A program made the translations under genes and the position numbers. A stretch of DNA of 64,000 nt, taken from Felis catus. Its lineage: Eukaryota. The stretch covers positions 61,134,001 through 61,198,000 of the forward strand of contig NC_058368.1 in NCBI RefSeq assembly GCF_018350175.1. The letters run 5' to 3'. The notes under the pieces are model-generated. The model saw only the letters and a list, made by a program, of their open reading frames with translations, had not been told where the DNA came from and did no database searches. This document shows positions 23,925-36,742 of the stretch, in pieces. The stretch's first letter is position 1. Every line of letters begins with the position of its first letter.

Positions 23925-24467
23925 TTTTTCTTTTTTTATTAAGTGTTTATTAAAAGACAAAGCAATGGACAGGAAAAAGCATCCTGTGGGTTTTGTTTCT
24001 GTTTCTATTTGTTTTTATACTTTTTGGTGGGAGTAGGGTGGGGCATGGAAAGGTAGGGATAGATGGAGACATCCCAGAAGGAAAGACAGTTCTGTCTACC
24101 CCACTTCTTTCCCGGGGCAGCCAAGTTCAAAGCCCTTAATTACATCTTGCTGTGCTGCTATAGATGTGTGTGTGTGTGACTACATATAGAGTTAGTTTGG
24201 CCCTCACAGGGAGAGGATGGGAACCTAGAGCAGGAACTACAACCTCCTAAGAAGGTGACACTATTCTCCAGTAAGTGGTACAAAATAGAACAGCCAGGCC
24301 TGGGGCGCCTGGGTTGCTCAGTCGGTTGAGAGTCCGGCTTTAGCTCAGGTCATGATCTCACGGTTTGTGAGTTCAAGCCCTGTGTCGGGCTCTGTGCTGA
24401 CAGCTCAGAGCCTGGAGCCTGTTTCAGATTCTGTGTCTCCCTCTCTCTCTCCTCTTCCCCTGCTCGT

Positions 24468-24509
<42 letters not shown>

Positions 24510-24825
24510 AAAAATAAATAAACATTAAAAAACAAACAAAAAAACCAAAACAGCCAGGCCAAATCTGAAGGGTCAGGATTTGTGTCCTGACAAGCCAGGT
24601 AAGGCTCATTATGACTGAAGAAGCTACTCTGAGCTTAGAATGGGCAGCTGGTCCTACCTTGGAAGGACTTGGTGGAAGGAAAATTTCGGGATGAAGCTAA
24701 TCCAGGGTCAAGTTTCTTTTCATTCCCTGGATTGTGACACATCAGGGAAAGGAACAGTCAAGAATGTCTCATTTCTGGTTTCGCTATATTGCTTCTGTCT
24801 GCCAATTCTCCCCTTCCACCTGGCA
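23925..24825 (-). pseudogene. Probable processed (retrocopied) mRNA 3' UTR fragment, parent gene not identified
   Basis: GC-richer non-repeat sequence interrupts a colinear L1; T tract at the left end and TTTATT (minus-strand AATAAA) at 23946-23951; L1 resumes at ~24830. Confidence 0.65.
24302..24548 (+). mobile_element. CanSINE inserted in the retrocopy
   Basis: Intact element; TSD AACAGCCAGGCC (24289-24300 / 24549-24560). Confidence 0.96.
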
Positions 24826-25188
24826 TATTAATTAACATTTATTACAGTGATTTAAAATTCCCTGTCAGACATTTCCAACCTCTGTGTCATATCTGAGTCT
24901 GAGTCTGATTATTACTTTGCCCATTCTTAGTGTGTTTATTCTTACATTTACATATACATGCTATATCATGTTCATGAAGACTTCATATGAAGGTGAGAAA
25001 AACTGAGGTGAATAATATATATACTTGGAAATGGGCACAACTCTCGGCTAGGCCTTTAATACAAAGATCAAGTCATGCATAGTTAAGAGCTGGGCTGGAT
25101 TTGTAGAGTTGTTGCTGTGGTTATCCTCAGTGTAGCACAGCCTTCACATTGCTGTAGAAATGCTTTGTGTATAGAATGGAGCTGGTTT

Positions 25189-25356
25189 GGGGCACCTGGG
25201 AGGCTCAGTCGGTTAAGCATCCGACTTTGGCCCAGGTCATGATCTCACGGTTTGTGGGTTCGAGCCCCGTGTCAGGCTCCGTGCTGACAGCTGGGAGCCT
25301 GGAGCCTGCTGCAGATTCTGTGTCTCCCTCTCTCTCTCCCCCTCCCTCCCTTATGC

Positions 25357-25404
<48 letters not shown>

Positions 25405-25456
25405 TCTCTCTCTCTCAAAAGTAATAATTTTTTTTTTAATTAAACAAAAATAAAGG
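25189..25456 (+). mobile_element. CanSINE with internal (TG)n expansion
   Basis: Head, body, (TG)n inside the CT tract; TSD ATGG(A/G)GCTGGTTT. Confidence 0.94.
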
Positions 25457-25761
25457 ATGGGGCTGGTTTTCTAAAGTGGTGTGTCTCCAGTGCAGAGTTC
25501 TACTCCCTTGTGACATGCTTCAGAGTCTCTGTGTGCTCTTTTCTTCTCTTACCCCCCTTCCAACAATATTTGGTAATTACTTGTTAATTGAAGCTTCTTC
25601 ACTTACTGGCGTGGTGTAGTCTTAGTGATACATTCTCTAATGTTCTAATGAAGCCTGGGCCGTGGGTGTGAGGGTGTAGTCTCTTGGGTCTTCTGCCCCT
25701 TCCCTGACTCTAGCTGTGGGCCTAAGGCATAATCCAACTACTCCAAAAAATAGTGTTCGCT

Positions 25762-25930
25762 TGTTTTTAAGTATAAACATACAGTATTATGTTAGTTGTA
25801 GGTGTACAATATAATGATTCATCGACCCTATACATTTCCCAGTGCTCATCAAGGTAAGTGTGCTCAATGCCCTACCCCCTACGCAGCTCGCCTCTGGCAA
25901 TTGCCAGTGTGTAGAGTTTGTTTTTTTGTT
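25762..25930 (-). mobile_element. Short L1 3' end fragment (carnivore-type)
   Basis: ACATACAGTATTATGTTAGTTGTAGGTGTACAATATAATGATTC resembles an antisense L1 terminus. Confidence 0.7.
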
Positions 25931-26430
25931 CTTTTTTTTCTTTTGTTTTTAGCCCTGATTTATGATGAGTTTTCATCAGTGCCCTAGGGATTGCAGCTTT
26001 TAGTTGCCATTCATTCCCAAAGACTGTGGGTTTTGTTCAGGAGTGGGTAGAGGGTCCGAATGGGTTTCTTTCCCCATCTACACAGCTGCTTAATCCTAGG
26101 CCAGGTCTGCACCTTGTGGGTGCTTCTTAGGTCGCTCCCCCTCCTCCCAGTCTTTTCTGTGAGCACCAGTAGAGTTCATGGTGAAATTATGCAAGAGGAC
26201 ATAGACCTCCCGGAAGTTTCAACTGTCTTTCTAGCCCACACACAGCTTTCATCACTGATAATTATTCTAACTAAACTCACCTTTGTATCTGCCCTAGATG
26301 ACTAAGTCCCTACATTCTTCGTTCTCTGCATGTACTCTCTCTGAAAGATTTCATACTAGCTGGTTGCTCTGTGACTTCTTCCCTTCAATGGATTAAAAAA
26401 AGTTGTAATTTTGAAGTTAGTTCATCTAAC

Positions 26431-26465
26431 TTCATTCATTCATTCATTCATTCATTCATTCATTC
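26431..26465. repeat. (TTCA)n microsatellite
   Basis: Tetranucleotide run. Confidence 0.95.
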
Positions 26466-27947
26466 TGTAAGATTTGCAGAGATGCTCCTTCCAGGACTCC
26501 ACAATCTGGGTTAGAATTGGGTTGGAAGCTGCAAAAATGATAAACAGTTAAAGGCATAAATATACTTAGAGTGACCTCCAGAATAAAATGATAGTCTAAG
26601 TCCATGCTTTCATAACATTATTTCCCAATCTTACCAAATCAATATTGTAGGAATTAAGAAGCATGATTTCATAGCATTTAAAGGAGTATCTCAACATATG
26701 AAAACTTTTAACCAATTTCTGCAACTTGAAAACTGGATGGTAGATTATTTATTGATGAAGCAGAGAACATCACAGCTTGTCCACACATGGAGGGTACTGA
26801 GAAGAACAAAAGTTGAGCTGCTTTGGGAACCAAAGGGATTCTGGACTTGGAGACAGCAGGTATATCTGAAGGAAGGAGTGAGAGGTGGAGGCAGGAATCA
26901 GAAGTACTAACTGAAGACTTGAATGTCATTTATATAACAGTGTATTATGCATTCGCACTTCCCACCCCTGCCTTTATTTAGAGATTGCAGGGCGGCCAGG
27001 AATTTGCCTACCACAAGGAAAAAAGTAGGATCCTTTTCTGATGTATTATATAATCTCTCAGAAGAAAGAGGGGATAGTTAATATGAGTGTAGCTGGTTTA
27101 AGAATAGCCTTCCTTATTCTGACATTTGGATAGACCTTAATATATGGGGCAGTTCTTATGTTTACTGTAAGGGATAATCTCTGTGTAGGCTTTTCTTGTT
27201 ATTACAAAAAAATTAGTAATTTTAAAGGATTCCTTATTTACTACTTGCCATGTACCAGTAGTTTTCTAAGATAAGAACCATAGAAACACAAAAACATTTA
27301 TGATGTATTTGAAAAAGTCTAAAATTGAAGGCAAAATACCAATATTAAAGCTATAGGAAAGTTGACTTTAAAAAATAGATATGTGAGGAGTAGAAGGTAA
27401 TTCTTTTTTTTAATTTAATAACTCCAAATATTAGAAAATTTGCAAAGATCATAGATTCATAGTGAAAAGAATCATATGAAAATGAAATAATAGAAGAGAT
27501 GTATTTGGGAACAAGAAAGCATGGTTTCCAAATTTAAAATATAATAATAGATTTATTGGGAAATAAATTTGGTAAAATATGCCAAAATTTTTAAAAAATG
27601 ATAAAATAACATATGTGTAGAAAGTAAGAGATACAGGGACTCCAGGAAATCTTAAATAAAAATAAAACGTGTATATAATATTTTATATTTTCCAGCCACT
27701 TGTTTCCTAAACCATAGTTCCCATTCAAATGTATGTGTGTTTCCATTAAAGGTTCTGGAATTTTGCACACACATAGGTATATGTGTATATATATACACAT
27801 GCAAATATATACAATATATGCAAAAATGTTAAAGTAACCACCAGCATTGCAGAAAATAAACCAATGTACCCAATTGCCATACGTATGCAAAGGTATGGGC
27901 ATAACTATTTTTTTCTTATTATTAAAGCTTTGCTATACTAATTTTTT

Positions 27948-28152
27948 GTGAATTTTTACTTATTTATTTTTAGAGAGCTAGAGAGAGAGCGAGTGGGGGA
28001 GGGACAGAGAAAGGGAGAGACAGAATCCCAATCAGGCTCTGTGTTGTCAGTGCAAAGACCGACGTGTGGCTCGAACTTACAAACCATGAGATTATGACCT
28101 GAGTTGAGATCAAGAGTCAGGCGCTTAACTGACTGAGCCACCCAGGTGCCCC
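27948..28152 (-). mobile_element. CanSINE
   Basis: Reverse-complement head CTGAGCCACCCAGGTGCCCC; TSD CTAATTTTT. Confidence 0.93.
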
Positions 28153-30414
28153 TAATTTTTGTTGTTTTAATATGACTTTGACTAACACATTAACACACAC
28201 AAACAAATCCCAGTATGCTTATTTACATTCTGGCATGAGCTCCTTATCTCATCACCACCCTGTAACGTTTTGTGGATCATAATATGGTAATGGTGATGTT
28301 TCACTATCATTTTGGGAAGATTTCACAAGCTTCAGATTATATTTGATTATAGTATCTCAGAATGTATCATCTAGTATCTGGTTCAAAATGTCAGTCTCAT
28401 ATTCAGATTTTTACTCACACCTCCACAAACTCTCCAGGTTTCAGTATGGGATAGAGAGAGAGAGCAAGATGGATAGACAGATCAGTCGATCTCAGTGTTA
28501 TTTTTTAATGACTCCTCCTGTTTCACCTGGGAGTAGAAGGAAGCTTATTCTGTCTTACAGGCTTTACATTGTTTAATGTGTTTGGTTAAGGTGAGTTAAG
28601 AGAAAACATGATAGGTAATTTCAATCTTGAGGACCATACATATCTTAGCAAAGACAAAGGATAGGAGGGAAAAGCTAAGATGCTTCTTACTAGATCCATG
28701 ACACCCCGCCCCCCCACCACACACACACTCTTCTAAACTCTTCATTTCCCCCCTGTAGAATTGCTTGTATGATCTAGGACATGCAGTATGGGTTGGCAAA
28801 ACCCTTGATTATCCCTAGAGTAAATACCTACATTGCAAGTATTTATGATTCTCTTTATAGGATAGGGAGCTTGAATTCTCTGCATCTCAACTTAGAATCC
28901 TAGTAACCAACACAACGGCCCCACTGACCATATTGCTCATAGGATGTACTCCTTTTGAGAATGTCACCCTGTCAAGATATATCTCAGCCATTTACTACAA
29001 TTGTTGAATGATTGTTGAAAGGTTATTTCATCTCTTAGTGCTTTTTCTTTCATCTCTGAAACAAAAATATTAAAGTAATATGTTTTATTAAAGAAATTAT
29101 ATCAAACATGGAGTTTGAAGCACAAAGTCTGGCACATAGTGTTTTGTGTAAAAATATATGATTGTTTTTACTATAATACCAGTAGTCCCATGCTTGAATA
29201 GAGGTGAGTTCTTTCCCCAGAGTTCTGAAGGAACAAAATAATAGTTTGCTGGAAAAATCACTTTATAAAAAGTCAGGAAAATTTAGTTGAAATTTCACTT
29301 GTCTAACAATGTGACCAGAAGTAAGTAATTTACCAATTTAGTTTTCATTTATTTCCTCTGAAACTGAGAGGTGGGAGACAGCCTATGATATTTGGTGCAT
29401 GTTCTGATTTATAAATTATTTTATTATATATCAGTATTTTTCCATTTCACCAATTCTTCATATTAAGGAATACAATTACTTTTCCCTCTAAATGAGTCCA
29501 GTATTAGGAGCATTCCACCAGCAAGCTGCCTCAGTTAGTAGTTCACTACATAACCTGACACCAGTGACAGGTGGTTTCTGAAGAAATGATAATCATTTAA
29601 CCAGGAAGGTAAGCCAAGGTAGGAGAGCTGGAAGCCAAAAAGAAAAATTGCCTTAACTGACAGTTTCGATAAAAGTATATGACTGACAGAGAATAGGTTA
29701 ATTGAGCCTAATTTCCCTTCCTTTCTCTCCATGTCTATGAGCGGTGAGTATTCTAAGACAGAAGTGGTGAAATGTCCTTTATTCTAAACAATGTGAAGAG
29801 AACTGTGTGTTTGAAGGAAGGGATACTTTTTTACTCCCTTATCAGAATGGTGTTAAACCCACATGACTCTAGCACCTTACAAGCTTTTAATTTTCCACTG
29901 AAAATTATGTTACTACAGTATAAATATAAAATGCCCATGGTGATTGCAGATTTAAATAGTGGTTTATAAACTTTGCACTGAATATGTAAAATTTTTCTCC
30001 ATCCAACCAAGAAGATAATCAGATTTGGGATTGGACAGGATCCTTTGACATGTCTTCCTGTGACCGACCAAAGGAATCTTTAGTACACATTTGGATTTGG
30101 TTGTCTGAAGTCCAGAAAGCAGGTGTGGACTACAGAGGTACATTTGGTGGTTACCATATAGGTAGGTGTTATTATTAAAATAGGGATCAATGAGATTAGC
30201 AAAAATGAGCATGTATACAAAGAGATGAGAACCTACATTGGGACCTGAAGGACATTTTACTTGAAGATTTTTAGTAAAGAAAGTGAAGAATTCTAGGAAA
30301 ATGTGGTGTCATGGAAGATGATGCAAAAGTGTTTCGGTAACATAAACATGGTTCTCTGGTGTGAAGTTTGACTTCTAGGTGGTCAAGAAAGATAAGAATA
30401 TAAAAGTGTCCAAT

Positions 30415-30658
30415 GGGCCTCCTGGGTGGCTCACTCCACTCTTGATTTCAGCTTAGGTCATCATCTCAGGTCATGAGATTGAGCCCCACATCAGGCACCA
30501 TGGTGAATATGAAGCCTGCTTAAGATTCTCTCTCTCTCTGTCTCTCTGTCTCTCTATCTCTCTGTCTCTCTCTCTGTCTCTCTCTTCTCCTTTTCTTCTG
30601 TCCCTCCCCTGTTTGTGCTTGTGAGTGCACACTCTCTCTTTCAAAAAAGGAAAAAAAA
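30415..30658 (+). mobile_element. Older CanSINE
   Basis: Head, long CT tract, A tail; TSD ending GTGTCCA. Confidence 0.9.
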
Positions 30659-30915
30659 ATGTGTCCATTGATTTTCTGCCATGGGGATGTCAGAGCTAGA
30701 ATAATTTTACTTAAGTCAGTGAAAACCTGATTGGATTTCCTAATTTGTTAGTTATTTGAAACAATATTAATTTAGGAGCTCCTGTGCACTAAGTGCTCTT
30801 CAAGATTATTGGGGTAGAGATAAAAATAAAAAAAAAGACACAGAAATTCCTGCCTTATATAATATATAATCTAGTGATAAATATAATTTAATAAGTAAAA
30901 ATAGTATCAGAAGAG

Positions 30916-31039
30916 CCCTGCGTGGGGCCCTGTGCTAACAGCATGAAGCCTGCTTGTGATTCTCTCTCTCCCTCTCTGTCTGCCCCTCCCCTGCTCTGCT
31001 CTCTCTCTTTCTCTCAAAATAAATATTAAAAAAATATGT
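30916..31039 (+). mobile_element. 5'-truncated CanSINE
   Basis: 3' half only; TSD ATAGT(A/T)TCAGAAGAG (30901-30915 / 31040-31054). Confidence 0.88.
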
Positions 31040-31136
31040 ATAGTTTCAGAAGAGTATAAGTCCTGTGGGAAAAATAAAGCAGAAAACACCAAATATGAGG
31101 TTTTAGGGGGGAGACTGCAGTTTTAGAAAGCATGAC

Positions 31137-31420
31137 TGTAATAGTTTTCTACTGTTATTCTAACAAACTACCAAAACTTAGTGACTTAAAATTCAATCAT
31201 GTTGTGTACCTGAAATGAATGAAATGTTATGTATCAATTATATCTCAATCAAAAAAAGACTTAGTGACTTAAAAAATACAACTTTATTATCTTAGAGTTC
31301 TTCACACGGGGCTGAAATCCAGGTTTGGCAGGGCCGCATTACTTGGGGAGGGATCTAGGAGAGAATCCAGTTCCTGACCTGTTCCATCTTCCTTTGGCCT
31401 TCTCCATCTCAAAATGGTTT
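31137..31420 (-). mobile_element. MaLR LTR (MLT1-like) fragment
   Basis: TGTAATAGTTTTCTACTG...AACAAACTACCAAAACTTAGTGACTTAAAA...TTTATTATCTT...CAGGTTTGGCAGGGCC resembles an antisense MLT1 3' end. Confidence 0.75.
31192..31258 (+). mobile_element. 67-bp extremely 5'-truncated L1 3' terminus
   Basis: GTTGTGTACCTGAAATGAATGAAATGTTATGTATCAATTATATCTCAAT plus A tail; perfect TSD ACTTAGTGACTTAAAA (31176-31191 / 31259-31274). Confidence 0.88.
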
Positions 31421-31573
31421 CACCAGCCAGTTGCTGATGACTGACAACTGTGAGTCAGCCTTCCTATACAGTCTTCTTCTACTCATACTGCCCTACAGCT
31501 TCCTTTCCTCATTGCAAACAAGGTGACAATTTTATAGTACAAATCAGATCATGTTTCTTACATGCTTAAAATA

Positions 31574-31765
31574 CTGGGTGGTTCAGTCGGTTGGGCGTCC
31601 GACTTTGGCTTGGCATGATCTCACATTTCGTGACTTCAAGCCCCACGTCGGGCTCTGTGCTGATGGCTCGGAGCCTAGAGCCTGCTTCAGATTCTGTGTC
31701 TCTCTCTTCAGCCCCCTCCCCCCTGCCCCACTTATGCTCTGTCTCTCAAAAATAAAGTTAAAAAA

Positions 31766-31808
<43 letters not shown>
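31574..31808 (+). mobile_element. CanSINE lacking the first bases, with a (CA)n tail
   Basis: CTGGGTGGTTCAGTCGG...GGAGCCTAGAGCCTG, CT tract, A tail running into (CA)n. Confidence 0.92.
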
Positions 31809-31809
<1 letters not shown>

Positions 31810-31935
31810 CCAGTGGATTGCCATGGCAATTAGAATAAAGTGCCAGTCTCTCTCTGTGACATATAAGGCCTTATCTCCTCCTCCTCTCTTCATATAGCAG
31901 TACTGTCACCTGGTTCCCAATCTGCAATCATTACT

Positions 31936-32136
31936 TTTTTTTTTAATATTTATTTATTTTTGAGAGAGATAGAGTGCAAGTGGGGAAGGGGCAGAGAGAG
32001 AAGGAGACCCAGAATCCAAAGCTGGCTCCAGGCTCTGTCAGCACAGAGCCCAACATGGATCTCGAACTCACGGACCATGAGATCATGACCTGAGCTGAAG
32101 TTGGATGCTTAAGAGACTGAGCCACCCAGGTGCCCC
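31936..32136 (-). mobile_element. CanSINE (feliform type)
   Basis: Reverse-complement element; degenerate TSD TGCAAT..CATTACTTTTT. Confidence 0.94.
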
Positions 32137-35100
32137 TGCAATACCATTACTTTTTATACTTGACCCTCAAACACTCCAAACTTATCCTGACCTTTACACT
32201 GGCAATTAATTATGCTCAGAATGTTCTTCCCTATATCTCCCTGTTGCTAGGTCTTCTCAAATGAGCTGACCTGGCTCTCAGCTGATCTCTCTAGTTGAAG
32301 CACATGTCTTTCCATATACTTCACAGTCAGACCATTTTAATTTTATTTTTCATCAAACTGATCATTCTCCGAAGTCATTTGTTCATTGTGTGTTTGATAA
32401 GATTTAATATCCAAGATGCAGTATTTCTTGCATCGCTCTGGGTGACATAATTTCACGTTACTACTATGTGAATTGTGTATCTTGGCAGTGTGCCTGTGAC
32501 TTCCAAAATGGAAGTGATAATGTCTGTGCTGTATTTCACTATAATACCAAGGCCTTGAATTGTGCTGGTACATGCTAAGTCAGATGTCTACTGATGTGAA
32601 TGAATCAATAGGAGAGTTTCTAAAGAGACATTGCTCTTTTTACTTAGATACAATATGACATTTAGTAAAGCCTTACATGCTTTAGGTTAAAAGTCATAAA
32701 GTAATATTCTGATTTAACCTAAGGGTTTATTGATTTATCATATTCATCTACAGACTCAAATGATTTATTTGGCTCAGGCTTAATGTTATCAGTAATACCT
32801 CTACTGTAAAATGATTCTGACTATGGTTAAAAATCTTCCCAAAAATTTATTGGAGAAAAAGATTGGCTGCAAAAGTCTGAATAAGTTGTGTAGTTGTGAA
32901 AAGCAATCCAAGAATGGTTAATTTAATCTACAGGAAACCAAAAAGTCCCATGTATAAACTATGTTTTAGGCTCTGTTCCCTACAGAATACATGTTGTGCT
33001 GCTTGGCTTTGATTCAGAACCTTTGATTTATGTGGCATCGAGATCTTCCATGGATTCCTAGAGTACCATCAAGTACTGTCCTATGACCCAAGTCATAAGG
33101 CAGGCAGAACGTCAGCCCTCTTCTTATTTACCATCCCATTCCCCCAGGCTAAACTCTCCAGGCCCCTTTTTTTCTTGCTGCTATATTTACTAGCTCCTGA
33201 AATTTCTTGGTTTATAGGCTTGCATTTCCTCACTCAATTTGTGCTGAGTCTGACCCTTTTAAACCTATAGTGGCAGGAAATCAGTGGAGAACTAGAGGTC
33301 CATGAGGCATTTGCTATAGACCAGGTCATTGCATGAGGCCTTTCTTAGCAAAAGAGGAGAGTACTGCTTCTCAGTGCAGCAGGATTCAAGAAAATATGTG
33401 TGTTCGATACTTTTAATCCCATTCACACAAATATCCCTATGGGTCTCAAGGTCCCATGCTTCCTTAATAATAGTCCAGGTGTATTACATCCGCTTATTTA
33501 GACTTCGTTGCAGCATTCACAACCTTATTACCGTTCTCTGGTTTTTGGCAAATCTCCCTTGTAGCTGAAATTGTTAAGAATTTCTTCTAATATTACCAAA
33601 GAATTCTTGAGTTTTTCATAGCATGCTTAATATTAGGGACAATCCTTCCTAGTCCCGTATATGCGTGCAGGCATATGTGTGCGCATGCATGTGTACATGC
33701 ATGCCTTTGTGTTTGCACACTTGCAAGGTCTCCACATCTGGTGAAAGCAGACACGTCACATAACATGTCTTATGATTATCATCAGCTTTACCCTAATCAA
33801 GTTCAGTCCCTTCCCCACTCCTTACCTTGCAGCTGAGCGTCTGCCTAATTAAACACTGCTGAAAGCCTTAGTAAATATGATTCCAGTGAACGCCAGGGAG
33901 TATTACTTAACCTAATTATCCACACATAACATACGTATCTCTGTTGACTTCAGATCAATAAGAATGTAAGCCTAAACTCTCATTCTGAGGGTTTATTTAT
34001 AAGGTCACTGTTGTAACCAGTTGTCTTAGCCCAGACTTTTTTTTTTTTTTTTTTTCAATCCAGCCAGAGGTGTAGCTTAGGTTTGTTTGTTTGTTTGGGG
34101 ATGGTGGTTAGTGGTGGGAGGATCACTGCATTACCAGGGTGACAGGACTGAGATAAAGTATGAGGGATACTCGAGAGAAAGAAAGAAAGAAATAGAAGTT
34201 TGTGAACAAGCATGAAGACCACAAATTCACAAGGTAATAACAAGGGAATACAGGCACACAGAACATCTCTGGAGAGGATTATGAAATTACTGCATCCGGA
34301 GTTGTTCATTAGGGTGGGAGAGAAGGAGGATCCAGCTAGTCATACGGCCATTACTTCACGTCAGCTCTCTTGCTTGGTTCAGGGTTTGCCTCATGGGTTT
34401 CACACTCCCACAGTTCTGTGCTGCGTTACTGGCCCTGCCTGGCAGCCCCTGGGGAAGCCAGAGCCTGTGGGGTTCTTACTTAAATTAGACCTAGGTTCTA
34501 GAACTGCTGCAGCTATGATGGTGACCAGGACAAAGTTCAGCCCTGTCCCTAGGAGACACTGATGAAACGACCTTTTGGAAGCAGGCTGGAAGTGCAGAGC
34601 AGATGCTGGGGTTGAATAAATAACAGAAGGAGTATAAACTAGACGTTGAATCTGTTAATATTTTACCACCACTTAAAAAATGTATACCTTTATTAGATCC
34701 TCTGTGATTGTAGGAATACACCAATAATAGGTGCAGTACTGAAAATACAAACAATTTGTGTTATTTTCTTCTTTCCCCTTAGCTATTAACTATCATTCTT
34801 TAAAAAAAAAAGTTCTTTGTAGTTTTGATCTGTGTTTGCATAGCAGACTTGGGATGTTTTTGCACTTTTTTTTTTTTTTTTTTTTGGCATGTAACAGAAT
34901 TCTTCCAGAGCTGAAAAGACACAGTAATAATGGGATCACAGTCACAGGAGTAACTGAAATTCCTGGGACCAAGTTTCCAACTGTGTAATACAGGTGTTGT
35001 AGTTCTGCCCAAAAGTCTCATTCAGTTGTTGGGGGTATCCATCTAATCTGACTTCACAAAAAGTCTCTCTTTACCCTGTGGATCTTTCATGTACAGATTT

Positions 35101-35486
35101 CCAGTGCATAAATTCCAGTCACCTGGAAGCCATTAAGCAAACCCTGCCTCTAAAGTTGAAGAAAGATATGTCTGTTTCAAGGTTATAAGCTGTGGATTAC
35201 CTTGTAGTTCAAATTGCAATACAGCCCTCGTTTTAGCTACACTGTGGTGAATTTCAAGCAGAAGTGGAAAAAACATCTCACCATCTATCTTTACTTTTCT
35301 AGTTATATTTTGTTCTTCCTTTGTCTTGGTATTGTAGAAGAAGTCATTAAGTTTAGGTCAACCAATGCCTCCCTCTGATGTTAGTCAAGAAATCAGATTC
35401 TGAAAGTACTCCTATCATATGCATCATACTGTATTCCTTTCAGAAGGCATTTTCAAATTCTTCCTCTTTTTAAAAACAAAAACATA

Positions 35487-35821
35487 TGTATGGAGGAACC
35501 TGTTCTCTCCCAAATTCATATGTTGTAACTCTAAGCCCCAATGCCATAATATTTGAAGAGGAGGTTAAGTGAGATTATGAGGGCTGGTCCTCATGATGGG
35601 ATTAGTGGCTTTGTAAGATGAGGAAGAGAAAGATCACTCTATCAACCATGTAAGGACACTGGGAGAAGGCTGACAGCTATGAGCCAGAAAGAGAGTTCTT
35701 TCACTGAAACCCAGCTCTGTCTCAGACTTCCAGACCCTGGAGGTGTGAAGAAATAAAATTCTGTTGTTTAAGCCACCTACTCTATGGTATTTTGTTATGG
35801 AGATCCAAGCTGACTAATACA
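35487..35821 (+). mobile_element. MaLR solo LTR (MLT1A-like)
   Basis: TG...CCCAAATTCATATGTTG...ATGGGATTAGTGGC...AAATAAAATTCTGTTGTTTAAGCCACC...GACTAATACA. Confidence 0.88.
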
Positions 35822-36184
35822 ATGCATTCAAATTAACACTTTAAAATGTACCACTTATGGGATGAATCTGCATTCCATTGCTCATGCCCAGATATACTTG
35901 ATTCCGATTTAAGTACAGATTTATATTCTTGCTTCCTACAGTTCCTTAAACCTGTTTATGGAATAATTTTTGCCACTTCTCCTGGAAGAACCATGTGGCC
36001 CGGTTACATCACAATAGATTGACAATCTTAATGGAAGATCAATTCTGTTAGGCATATATAAATCCAGGCGATTAGTAACATAAATCCCCAAAATGAAAAA
36101 TGTCAGGGTTAGATCGCCATCTACTTTACATGCTTCATAAGAGTTTTGTTAAAAAAAAGTTTTGTGTAATAGTTTTATATTTTT

Positions 36185-36315
36185 TCACTTTTTATTATGA
36201 AAAAATTCAAATGTATTTAACAATGTGTAGAAGGATATAACAAAACCTCATATTTGAATTCCATGTCTTCAAAGCTATCAACTCATGGCTAATCTTGTTT
36301 CACCTATTACTCCAG
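36185..36315 (-). mobile_element. Ancient L1 (L1MC/ME-like) 3' terminus fragment
   Basis: TTTTATTATGAAAAAATTCAAA...TATCAACTCATGGCTAATCTTGTTTCA. Confidence 0.6.
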
Positions 36316-36742
36316 TTATCAGTCATTAAGATACCAACCATAATATGTCAGTCTTGAAGGGGAGGGCGATTGTGTCATTCAGAAATGGAGTTTAAGAAAA
36401 TCAGTCTGTCTTGATGCCTCTCTTTTGCCCCCCACTTCCTCCTACCACATGCCTTCTTTTGCTGAGTTTCTTCTGTTTTGTACTCTTTTTAATACATTTT
36501 TTCTTCTATAGCTGAGAAGGGAGAATTGACTCTGTGGTGCTTAATGAATACACAGATCTGTATTAAAAGTGACAAGATGATGCTATTTCATTTCTTGGTA
36601 TTCACTGTTTCTGAAAGGAATCTTAAAGATTATTTATGGCTTCAACACATAAAAACTTACACGCCATCAGAGCAAAATAAATTATTAAGGAATAATATTA
36701 ACAGTTTAACAATTAAAGATATAATTTCCCCAGCTACTATTC

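Larger units (their letters stand above)
20570..26420 (-). mobile_element. Long ancient L1M (ORF2 EN region, ORF1, 5' region), fragmented by many nested insertions
   Basis: T-rich antisense L1 motifs throughout (GCTGAAGTCTCTGCATGTAATTGTGGATTTATCTG, GATAGCATACAGTTGG, TCTGTGTCATATCTGAGTCTG); boundaries approximate. Confidence 0.7.
30040..31135 (-). mobile_element. L2 fragments (decayed), hosting two SINEs
   Basis: Antisense L2-like motifs (TGTGGTGTCATGGAAG, GGTCAAGAAAGATAAGAA, CCTGTGCACTAAGTGCT...CCTGCCTT). Confidence 0.5.
31480..32610 (+). mobile_element. L2 fragments (decayed), hosting two SINEs
   Basis: CAAATCAGATCATGTTTCTTACATGCTTAAAA...CAGTGGATTGCCATGGCAATTAGAATAAAG and terminal TGAATGAATCAA resemble the L2 3' region. 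Confidence 0.6.

Noticed and set aside
34212..34562. 116-aa ATG ORF in the GC-richer block
   Set aside because: No recognisable homology or promoter/exon context; length is compatible with chance
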